A DNA stretch of 64,000 bases from Octopus sinensis (Eukaryota). The stretch covers positions 91,326,001 to 91,390,000 of the forward strand of contig NC_042998.1 in assembly GCF_006345805.1 (NCBI RefSeq). The letters run 5' to 3'. Position 1 is the stretch's first letter. The number at the start of each line of letters is the position of its first letter. Made by a program: the position numbers and the translations under genes. The notes under the pieces were generated by a model. The model searched no databases, was not told where the DNA came from, and worked only from the letters and a program-made list of their open reading frames with translations. Of the stretch, positions 26,794 to 38,058 are shown piece after piece.

Positions 26794-27751
26794 GGCATAG
26801 TTTCGGTTGTAGTAGCACAGATTTCCGTCGATTTCCGTAAAAAACTTTTATTTTTTTACATAAGTAATGAGAGCGAAAGAGACTAAGAGGAAGCGATTTT
26901 ACGACGAGAAGGTTTCACTTTGAAGTCGGCCTGTGTGTGTTTGATGGGGTGTGGGAGACAGACAGTATGTTGTGTAAGTGAAGTGCTTCTGTTAGTGTGT
27001 GTGAAGAGACAGACATACATATACACATACACCGAGTAAAAAATTACTATGAATCGGCCATACATACATACATACACACACACACATACATAGATACATA
27101 CACACACACACATACATACATACATACATACATACATACACACACACATACTTACACACACACACACACACATAGATACATACACACACACACATACATG
27201 CAGACATACATATACACATACACCGAGTAAAAAATTACACTGAATCGACCATACATACACACATACATACATACACATACACACATACATAGATACATAA
27301 CATACACACACACACATACATGCAGACATACATATACACATACACCGAATAAAAAATTACGATGAATCGGCCATACATACATACATACACACACACATAC
27401 TTACACACACACATACTTACACACACACACACATACATAGATACATACACACACACACATACATGCATACATACATATACACATACACCGAGTAAAATTT
27501 CAGTTATCTCTCTCTTTCACACATTACTCTCTCTGTCTCTTCGCACACACTAACAGAAGCACTTCACTTACAGAACATACTGTCTGTCTCCCACACCCCA
27601 TCAAACACACACAGGCCGATTTCAAAGAGAAACCTTCTCGTCATAAAATCGCTTCCTCTTAGTCTCTTTCGCTCTCATTACTTATGTAAAAAAATAAAAG
27701 TTTTTTACGGAAATCGACGGAAATCTGTGCTACGACATGCGAAACTTCGCC
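26794..27751. mobile_element. Foldback-like element: ~220-bp TIRs, internal microsatellite-laden tandem array, 8-bp TSD, inserted in a SINE
   Basis: TIRs 26794-27013 and 27532-27751 (GGCATAGTTTCG / CGAAACTTCGCC). TSD CAAGTATC at 26786-26793 and 27752-27759. Internal ACCGAGTAAAA-type units start at 27031, 27222, 27344 and 27487. Confidence 0.88.
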
Positions 27752-27845
27752 CAAGTATCGCTTACTGTAACCTCGGGCTGACCAAACTCTTGTGAGTGGA
27801 TTTGATAGACGGAAACTGAAAGAAGCCCGTCGTAATACATACATA

Positions 27846-27879
<34 letters not shown>

Positions 27880-29367
27880 TTTGTGTCTGTGTTTGTCCCT
27901 CACCACCTTTTGACAACTGGTGTTGACGAGTTTACGTCCCTGTAACTTAGCGGTTCGGCAAAAGAGATCGATAAAAATATGTATCAGACTTAAAAAAAGG
28001 ACTGGGGTCGATTCATTCAACTAAAAATTTCTCAAGGCTGTGCCCCAGCATGGCCGCAGTCTAAAGACCGAAACAAGTAAAAGATAAAAGACACACATGC
28101 ATACATACATACATACATACATACATACATACATACATACATACATACATACACGCATGCATACATACATACAAACATTCGTATTATCAAAGGTGCCCTG
28201 GGCTACCAAACAACTGATTTCCATAGAATCCTAGAATGCTTGTCTTCTCCAAAGAACAAAGCAAATTGATAAGTATTGTCCACACACAATGGATTAGAGC
28301 AGGGGGTCGGGAAACTTTTCGACCAATTACCCAAAGGTACATTTATTTACACCGAAGTTACTTTCTTGATTCGAAAGGACGAAAATCATTGATTCTTTGT
28401 ATTCAAAAGGTTTATTGAATCAATTAATATGGAGAATACAATTATAAATATAAAAAGTTTAAAACAAACTCGATAAAATAAATTAATATCCTCATTATGA
28501 AACAAAAGGATTTTTCTAGGAACTTTTTCACTTCAGGTTTTGAAAGAATGATGTTGCTTCATTTGTGTTACAATTGCATCAAAATTGGGGCATTTTGATG
28601 CCAGAGCAATTTTGTTAAAGGGTTGAATCGAATAACTACTTAAATCTACCCAAACAAAGCAAAAACATGAGTCTAAAAAAGAAAAAATAAGGTTAAGGCA
28701 GGTAATAGACAACTAACAAATAATATCTTGATTGACCACTAGACAACACCTTAGTAACCAAATTGTTTATAGTCCAAAATAGCGTAACATCTCCTAAGCA
28801 TGCTCATTACATTGGACAGGTGCAGTGTTGCCAGAAGAAAAGTTTCTGTCGCAACAAGGAACACGGTTTTTTTTTAAAATATAATTTTACTTATGTCTAA
28901 TGAGACCATATTTCCCCCTAGAATTTCATTTTTACCCCGGTTCGCCGACCTCTGGATTAAAGGAAGACTGGAAATTTGTAAAACATTTGAGGGCTTCTCT
29001 ATTTGAGATTCTTGGGTGAACATATGCATACAATCACATATACATACGGAATACTTACACACGCACACACATAAATTGTAAAGAAACATACACAGTTGTG
29101 TTTTATTGTGATACGCACACCTCCGAGTGCAAACATCCATACGCACACACATGCGCACAATACGCACATGTATATACATATATCAACCAAATCAGGTAAA
29201 CCCCAAAACTCATCACTTAAGCAAGAAAGGGCTTTGTCATTTAGTCACTGGTTTAAATTCTGTAAAGTGAAAATAATCTATAACATGCACATACGTACAA
29301 ACATATATACATGCATAAACACATATGAACATGTATAAATACACACATACAAATATGCATACACACG

Positions 29368-29404
<37 letters not shown>

Positions 29405-29535
29405 TGGATCTTTCCTTTTCCTATATTTCTGACGAAGAGCTCCGCTCGAAACGTTAAAACCTCCTTCTTTCCTGAGCGTCCAATAATACTATACTTGTTC
29501 CACACCCTCGCGTTGTTGTGTTTTCATGTTTGGAT
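29405..29535 (+). mobile_element. Short Penelope-type terminal repeat with a minimal hammerhead-like core
   Basis: CTGACGA-A-GAGC(TCC)GCTC-GAAAC-GTT at 29429-29455, flanked by (TA)n. Related copy at 62320-62495 on the minus strand. Confidence 0.6.
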
Positions 29536-29567
<32 letters not shown>

Positions 29568-30971
29568 CGTACACATACATACGCATGTATGCAAATATAC
29601 GCATGTATGCATACATACATACATCACACATACATACACTCACTCGATCACTTACTCATTTCTTTTTATGGTTTGTTACTTTTACTGACTGACATACTTT
29701 GATATAAACATGTCACAACATTCAGCAATGACTTTCAGTTCCGACGATTGTCGTATCGAATGTGCTTCCTCTCCTTCACTCTGTGTCTCGATTCACTCGG
29801 TTTTTCTTTCCGTTTTTTTTGCGAGGGGGCGGGGGGAGAGGAGACAATAGGGTGTATATATGAGTGGGACAATAGCGTAGCTTAGGAGTGAGTAGCGAGA
29901 GTGTGTCCGCCCTGGACGACGCTTTTTGTAGGGGTGGCACCTTTCGGTCTGCTCTATAAGTTTGTATAGTGGTGGAGATTCGGGATGGGAAGGTAAATTC
30001 AAGGTCTCCCTCGGACGGCATACACGCCGCTGGAGTGCAAATGTTAGCACTGCCGTTTTAAAAGGAACATTTCATGATGTAGTTCACTGTGGTAAAAGGA
30101 CAAAGGTAGTCGTAGGTCGAATGCTGTTTATCTTAAATTTATTCCAACAAGGATGATTTGCGACTAAATAACAATTAAAAAGAACCTGTATCCAAGGAGA
30201 GTTGCGACAGTGCAGTCGCTATAACCATTTAGAAATAGCAACCTGATTTCCTTCAAACGACACGTCTTATGCATTGGAAAATGTAGTTCCTTGATATACA
30301 AATAATATAACATGTTCATAACTGGAATACCGTTTATCGAAGGTCTGCTCCATCAGGCTTGACCTGGGACTAAATGTCAACAAATAAAAGGATCTCTGTA
30401 TAATCTCAGTAACATTGATGGAGAGGACGGCTTGAACCGGGCGACGCTTTTGGGCCTTCTGTATAAACCTGTATAAGCTTGGGGGTTCGAAGAGGTCTGC
30501 TCCGGGCAGTACACTCTCAAGCTACGCCACTACATAATCGATCAACACGCTAGAATTAGCAGGCAAAACTCCATGAAATCACACACTACTCCGAGCTGCT
30601 CTGATTTTGCTAAGGCTATGCCATATTGATAAACAAAATGGCAGTTAGCACCGAGAAAAAGCTTTCACTATCCATGCTCGACCAAAGCTGTCTCAGTGCT
30701 ATATAACTCTAAATTTTTGGAGCCAATGAAAAATCGTCTATGCCAGTGTACTGGATGTGAATTGCAGAAAAGACGTGTTAATGGACGCGAAATATAAAGA
30801 AAATGGAGCGAGACTAAGCAAAACGATTAAGAATTACTGAAAAGCGAGAAATAAACGCCATTTTGACGGGTACTAGGCTAGAATATGTGTGTTCACGAAG
30901 AACATTAACAACAATACATACCACTCTGTCTGTCTATCCATCCATCCATCCATCCATCCATCCATCCATCC

Positions 30972-31021
<50 letters not shown>

Positions 31022-31034
31022 ATATATATATATA

Positions 31035-31069
<35 letters not shown>

Positions 31070-32265
31070 CTCTGCGAAAAGATCTCAGAATTTTAATTGA
31101 TTTGCTTTTCGCGGGAAGGAAGTTTTCTTCGAAGTATACGTCTCGCTTTTATCCTTCGAAACGTTTAGTAGATGAAACCTTAGCGACTGAAGAAGGGGAT
31201 TTTTCGTTGTGCTTATTGTCCTGTATCTCTCTTTTTTTTGCTTGTCTTGTTCCTTGGTTTGTGTCTATGTGTTTCGTCTCTCTATGTGTTCGACGTCTTT
31301 TTGGTGTCCTGTACACATATATGCGTGTATATGTACATGTAGAGGTAGGTACGTACATATATGTTTATATATATGCATATGTTCTATTTTATTAACATAT
31401 TATACGACTAAACGCACGCACCCTATTAAGTAAGATTGTTCTGTTTATCAAGTTAGCCTTGATATTAACTCTCACGCGACTCTGCATCTTTCTTTCTTTC
31501 TCTCCCATTCCCTTTTTCGTCTTTTTTTCCCTCACTTAACTTGTCTCTTCCTCTCTCTCTCATTCTTCATTCTCTCTCTCCCTTTCACCATTCTTCATGG
31601 TCTCCTCGCACCATTCCCCTTCTTCTCTCTCTTCCTCTTGCTCCTCCTCCCCCATTCCCGTCGTCCATCTGCGACGATACTTCCGTCGTAACTGCTATCC
31701 TGTCTTTTCTCGCCCGCCTTCTAAGGCTACTGGTCGACACATTTTCTCTCTCTCGTCGTCCACGATAATCCAGCGTTTGCAATACTTTTTTCGTTTGGCG
31801 TTAACAGCCCTTCTTATCTTGTTCTCCTTGTCCTGTCTCTCACTGTTATATTTTTATTTTTCCACTGTTTATATATATATTTTTTACTGTTTATATGTTT
31901 GTACTGTCGTTACCGTCTTGCCTTTTTTTTTTTTTTACCCCTCTGCGAAAAGATCTCAGAATTTTAATTGATTTGCTTTTCGCGGGAAGGAAGTTTTCTT
32001 CGAAGTATACGTCTCGCTTTTATCCTTCGAAACGTTTAGTAGATGAAACCTTAGCGACTGAAGAAGGGGATTTTTCGTTGTGCTTATTGTCCTGTATCTC
32101 TCTTTTTTTTTGCTTGTCTTGTTCCTTGGTTTGTGTCTATGTGTTTCGTCTCTCTATGTGTTCGACGTCTTTTTGGTGTCCTGTACACATATATGCGTGT
32201 ATATGTACATGTAGAGGTAGGTACGTACATATATGTTTATATATATGCATATGTTCTATTTTATT

Positions 32266-32272
<7 letters not shown>
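31035..32272 (+). repeat. Near-identical ~350-bp direct repeats (period 871 bp) flanking a pyrimidine-rich core
   Basis: 31035-31400 and 31921-32272 differ essentially only in poly-T lengths. Confidence 0.9.
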
Positions 32273-32300
<28 letters not shown>

Positions 32301-32689
32301 ATATATATATAATATATATATATATATATACACACACATTATGTATGTATATACGTAAATAAACTTCCATAAAAACAATAATCTATTTTTTTCCCGTATA
32401 GAATTTTAAAAAAATGTTTTGATATATTTATTTGTTTCAAATTTTAATAAACCCTAACTAGAATTTAACTGCAATAAATAAATAGCACTACTTAAGCAAC
32501 ATCGGAACTACTCAGAGTTAAAATATTGGATTCAGATGGACCCCTGTCATTTTTTTTTTTTTTTTTTTACCTATTTGTGATTATGAAAGCGAATAAACTA
32601 AATCGATCAATCTAAGCAGTCTGATGCAATTCTGGATTGGGCACAAAACACAGGTCGCTAGTCTGAAAAATGAAAATAAAAATAAAGGC

Positions 32690-33365
32690 TCCTCGACTCC
32701 ACAGACCTCCAAGGCCTTTCTTGCCGCTTCGCACGTTATACGGAGTTGAACCTGATACTCAAGAGGAGCTTGGCCCGGGCAAACATCTCCTCCATCTTGA
32801 AACCATCTGGATTGTCCAGATGTGATTAGAAGAGACCTGACGGCCACCCCCTGTGCTCCTGGTCGTAAGGTAAATGTCTTGTCTGGGATGGCGTAGTTAG
32901 TGACTCCTTTGCTTCTTCTCACATCCTGGATGCTGCGGTCAGGGCTTCTGCGGCCGATCGGAGCTAAATCGTGCAATATCGCGATCTGTCGGTCAACTAC
33001 ATTTTCCATCCTGTGGCGTTCGAGACGTTTGGTGGGGTCGGACCACTAACTGCGAGATTGTTGTCTTCATTGGCAACTCGCCTTGCAGAGGTAACTGGGC
33101 TAGTGAGGGTACTTGGCTGTTTCAGTGCATCAGCCCCGCCTTTACCCGCGGCAACGCTAAAAGCGTGTTGGCGTATCTCAATAGCCATTAGAAAGGTTTC
33201 CCAACGCCCCCAACTTTTCAACCCAGGGTGGTGAATTTTTTTTTCTTTTCCTTTTTTCTCTTTTCTTTTGTCTTTTTAATTTTTTTCACTTTTGTTCTCT
33301 GTTTTGTCCAGTTTTCTAGTTTGATTTTGTAAAACGGTAAACTCTGTGAAGCCAATAAAATTTTA
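32690..33365 (+). mobile_element. Second CRE-clade element, 5'-truncated 3' fragment
   Basis: RFARYTELNLILKRSLARANISSILKPSGLSRCD*KRPDG..W..GKCLVWD..SDSFA...QYRDL..YIFHPVAFETFGGVG, then a T-rich UTR and AATAAA at ~33354. Confidence 0.8.
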
Positions 33366-33576
33366 GATATATTTTATCGGTCCCGATAGAATGAAAGGCA
33401 AAGTCGACCTCGGTAGAATTTGAACAACAATATTGATAATAATACTAATAATAATTATTATATTTTTTATTTGCGCAGGGGCATCAGGTGGGGGAGACAT
33501 TACAAGGACAGTTTACAATTTGAATGGGGAAGGTTACATTAAAGATGAAGGGAAGAAAGGGAGAGGGGAAAATGAG

Positions 33577-33615
<39 letters not shown>

Positions 33616-34129
33616 TAATAATAATAATACAAATTTGTGGGGAAGAAGTGTAGTCAATTTCGATCGATTCTCAAGAGACAAAATGATTTCTGGTGGGGTA
33701 CAAACTCCGAACGTAAAAGAACGTAATCAAACATCACAAGGTATTTTTAGTCCATTTCTGTACACATGTACCGTTTATCCATTCTTTATTTTTATCAAAA
33801 GCTTTTTCATAGGAAAACTGCGTCGAATTGTTTTATTACTCAAGCTGTAATAGTTTCATATTACTCATTAAAATGAAGTCTGTATGAAAACAAAACAAAA
33901 CGAATGTTTCTATATTATTATGTAATGTAATGATAACAAGTATTTATTTTTTCTATAAAATCAGTTTTTCGTTTGTGTAACTTGTTTACCATCCTCACTT
34001 GAATGTTTATAAAAAATATAAAAAAAAAACTAGATGCTTGCTCGCTGATTCTTGTAGCGACTACTGTTCTCTGATACTAACTTCGCAACTACTTATTGCA
34101 GTATATGTTTCCTACTTTTTGCGTCTTTA

Positions 34130-34478
34130 CCTTATATGGGGTAGGTGGGGCTTACTAGCTTACTAAGATGCGTGGTCTCTTTGACTTTCAATGAGGGATG
34201 CTATGTTTGTACGGGTAAAGTTGAATTTTTAAAATTATAATTTATTTTATAATATAAGTAAATATATTTCAATTATTTACCAACTCCCATACCCTATGTT
34301 TTTGTAACAGTTAATTGTCTGAAAGTTTAGTGCGTTTTCGTACAACAGCGTACTACCCGAACACCCCTCTATAATGTTAAGTTCTGTGCGGTTTCTAGTT
34401 TCCTATAAAAGCGGATCCAGCTGAAAGTTAGTTTCAGTTAGTGTGAATTGTTTAGAGCCGTTTAAGTGCCATCAGCTG
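34130..34478 (+). promoter_or_regulatory. Candidate muscle-type core promoter: CArG box, TATA, Inr, E-boxes
   Basis: CCTTATATGG at 34130-34139 (perfect CC(A/T)6GG). TATAAAA at 34404-34410. TCAGTT Inr at 34434-34439, with its A 32 nt after the first T of the TATA. CAGCTG at 34418 and 34473. All lie upstream of ATG 34579. Confidence 0.6.
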
Positions 34479-34578
34479 TCGCTGCATGCATGCCTATTGC
34501 AAACGGGTCCTCTGCCCAGTAAGACTGTATCATTTATAAGTTTGTGGTCTAAGACCACAAACAAATCAAAACTCCACA

Positions 34579-34707
34579 ATGTCTGACAGTATATCAGATG
34601 TAACTTCAGAAATTACTGATGTATCGGAAATACCTCCCTCCACTACAACAATCAGCACAGTTGCCGTTCAGGCAGGACTATCAAGGGTCGTCCTTGCTAT
34701 TCTCAGG
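34579..34707 (+). CDS. CCDC141: Coding exon 1 of CCDC141/zormin-like spectrin-repeat protein (MSDSISDVTSEITDVSEIPPSTTTISTVAVQAGLSRVVLAILR)
   Basis: ATG at 34579, 43 codons, donor AGG|GTGAG. STTTISTVAVQAG..V.A matches the CCDC141 N-terminal motif as I recall it (STTTVSSVAVQAGDSKIVIAVIK). Phase 0. Confidence 0.85.
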
Positions 34708-35810
34708 GTGAGTTGAACGAGTATTCAAAACACGCACGCACACACACGCACACATACACACAAGCACACACGCAAGCACACACGCTCATACATACGCATA
34801 CATACATCATACATACACATACACGCGCATACATACAAGTTCAGATAGCGTCTACATTATACATAAATATTTATAATTATTCGTCATAAAGTTGTGTATA
34901 TAATTTTCTTAAGCATAATTATAAGTGATTAATTAAATATCATTCATATTGTCAATAATTTTTGTTTTTTACATAATTTTATATATTTTTTAATCTTTAG
35001 CATTTAATATATTTAATTATTTTTTTCCGAAAAAATATCGATTTCTCATTAAAAATCAAATTGAGTAGTTTGTGAAGAATTCGTTATTACCTATGAATAA
35101 TCGTATACTCTAGTTTCATACCTATATTTGGCAGTAGTATCTGCTCTTGGTTTGCTGGAATGCTGCCAAGTGTGCAAAAGGTAGTTCTTGTTGGGTGTAG
35201 TAAAGCAACTGATACTGGTTGATTCTATCTCTCAAACATTAAATTTTCTAGAAGAAAAGTTATTTCTCAAAGAATTCCTAAGAAAATCCAAAGTTTTTAC
35301 TCATGAGCGTTTTTTTTTTTTTTTTCATTTTCGATAATTGTCGATTCTTTGGTATAAAGTTTTCTGAAAAACAAAAAAAAAACAAAAAACTCAAAAGATC
35401 AATTTGAATTACGCGTTTTGTCTTTTAGTAATGAATTTTATTAAAAAAAAATCTTAGATATTTTAAAGTTAAAATATAAATTTTAATTCATAATTTTGTA
35501 AATATATACTATAATTTAAATTGATAGTACAATATTTGTGGGATAAACATTGAATATACAATAAAATAGTAAATTAAAATTGTAAATATAGAAAGGCTCA
35601 TTAAAAATTAATTTCCTTGTAATTTTAATTCTTAAATATTTCCATTATATATATTTAGTATCTATATATATCTTACCAATTTATACCTGAAATTTTTTTG
35701 TTTTTGTAAACAGTTTCTGAAGTGCGAATTATTTGATAGGTAAATAGTAGAATATCTGATGCTTTAGATTAAAAACGCAAATATACGATCAATGAAAATA
35801 TTCTATTTAC

Positions 35811-36473
35811 GATTTTAATTAAAAAATACTTTCATTTTATATTCAATAATTTTTCTCTTACTAAGTTATATATTAAATTCATTTTGCGAAAAATTATAAA
35901 AATGCAAGTAAATTGCTTAGGCAATACATACATACATACATACATACATACATACATACTTACATAATACTTCATACATACATACATACATACATCATAC
36001 ATACATACATACATACATACATACATTTCGCGCGCACGCGCTCCTCCCAGGCGCACAGAGAAACGATATTTGTTGATAAATATTATCCGATAAGTAAATA
36101 TAAAAATATTTGTTATTCAAGAATTAAATTAAATTAAATTAAAGAATTAAATTAAGATTTTAATTAAAAAATACTTTCATTTTATATTCAATAATTTTTC
36201 TCTTACTAAGTTATATATTAAATTCATTTTGCGAAAAATTATAAAAATGCAAGTAAATTGCTTAGGCAATACATACATACATACATACATACATACATAC
36301 ATACATACATACATACATACATACATACATACATACATACTTACATAATACTTCATACATACATACATTTCGCGCGCACGCGCTCCTTCCAGGCGCACAG
36401 AGAAACGATATTTGTTGATAAATATTATCCGATAAGTAAATATAAAAATATTTGTTATTCAAGAATTAAATTA
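35811..36473 (+). repeat. Tandem duplication (period 345 bp) containing (ATAC)n
   Basis: Copies 35811-36131 and 36156-36473; the junction is filled with AATTA micro-repeats. Confidence 0.9.
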
Positions 36474-37728
36474 CGTTCAGTTCCAAGATATATCTCACAA
36501 GTATTTTGGGGTCTTAGAGGAATTTCTTAGTCTCAGTATCAGAGCCCCCTTATCCAGTTGGACCAGCCGGTATCGATCAAGTCTTAGCTTGCATCCCAGT
36601 TCTCTCAATCCACTGGTCTACTCTTTTTATCCAGTGGCCTCTGAAGCTTCGGCGTTGGAACGTATAGCTCCCCTCTTCGCTGCTAACACCAAGCCCATTG
36701 CAAATTGAAATATTTTTGAAGAATCAAAGTGAAAGTGTGGATGCCTTTCCACTGTATCTCTACTTGTATTTAATCGGTAAAAAAATATAAAATTAGGTAC
36801 TTTATTCCATCATAGGTCCTCGAATATAATTTACTTAAAAAACTCTAATTCAGTGTGAAAGTGTTTTGTTAATATTATTAGTTCAAGTTTAGCTGGTAGA
36901 CACTAAAATTCCTTCCTCTTTCTCCCCTTACACACGCGCACGCGCGCGCGCTTTCAGTTTGTTTCTCTTTCTTAATCTCTCTCTCTCTTTCTCTCTCCAT
37001 CTACATATACGTACTAGACTGAATGGAACTAATTCTCCTCAGATCTCTATATTAAGCCGCCAGCTCAAATTCCCACTAGTGTTGTAATGGGGGTAGGTGA
37101 GAAAAGACACCTACACTCTAACCAGGTACTGATGCAACCAACCAGATCGAGCCACTGCTATAACTTTCTTACCTGAAGTAGTGCTGGAGGTCTCTTTCTC
37201 TCTCTCTCTCTTTCATTTTTCTCTCCTCTTTCCCTCTTTCTCATAAGCCATACGTAAGATCTGTAATTAAAATAGCTAATAAATTTAATCTATCTAAACT
37301 TTTTTCTGAGATGTGTGCAGCTGAATTAATTCTCTTCTGTAAATATGAATCAGTATAGGTTTATTGATTAGATTTATAAACCATCAAAGTCTATGGCATC
37401 ATATTTTCATTTGGAAGTATATTAAAACAGTTGAAATAAACTTTCATATTCAGAAACTTTTACTTTTTGCTTTGATAAATAAATACTGTCTACTAAAATA
37501 AAGTATTAATATGGGTCGCAAGATGAGTTTTATAATGATTAAAATCTATTCATTCATATTTGTTAAACACACGCACACACACGCATGCACACTAACACAT
37601 ATACATAAAACGTAAAGCAATATTTAAAGTCTTGTGGGTTTGTCTTCAATTTGTAGGTGTTCTTGTATTGTTTGAAGTAAATTATTCAAGGACTGGTTGT
37701 TGTATATATTATTTTTAATAATTATCAG

Positions 37729-37915
37729 GGATCTATTTCATCTCAATCACAGATTTTTAATTAACTTTTTTTTTTAACTAAACAGTTTGAAACTTCGAAT
37801 TCTTCAGAGACATAAACCGTGTTCTATGTGAGAAATTCGATCAGTATTCGAAGTTTCAAACTATTTAGTTAACAAAAATTAATTGAAGAATCTGTGATTG
37901 AGATGGAATAGATCC
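37729..37915. mobile_element. Small palindromic MITE with GGATCT..AGATCC ends
   Basis: GGATCTATTTCATCTCAATCACAGAT...ATCTGTGATTGAGATGGAATAGATCC. A further half copy lies at ~38340-38370. No TSD visible. Confidence 0.6.
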
Positions 37916-38027
37916 ATTTTTTAAAATATCTTATTTCTTGAAATATATATTTATCATATATGCGTATATATGTCTACACACACATATACACATACATATT
38001 CGCGCGAGCTCACACACATGCACATAC

Positions 38028-38058
<31 letters not shown>

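Noticed and set aside
27014-27500. Repeat-spacer look resembling a CRISPR array (also 14615-15050)
   Set aside because: The spacers are microsatellites or absent, the context is eukaryotic, and there are no cas genes.
26883-27553. Many overlapping 60-150-aa ORFs (CVCV/HTHT-rich)
   Set aside because: These are translations of (AC)n/(ATAC)n inside the foldback element. The same applies to the ORFs at 25.6-26.0, 28.0, 35.8-36.5 and 49.1-49.5 kb.
30370-30860. Traces resembling an RT (DFAKA-like motif)
   Set aside because: Too degenerate to support a call; possibly an old LINE fragment.
32581-33009. 142-aa minus-strand ORF
   Set aside because: It is a shadow of the plus-strand CRE endonuclease fragment.
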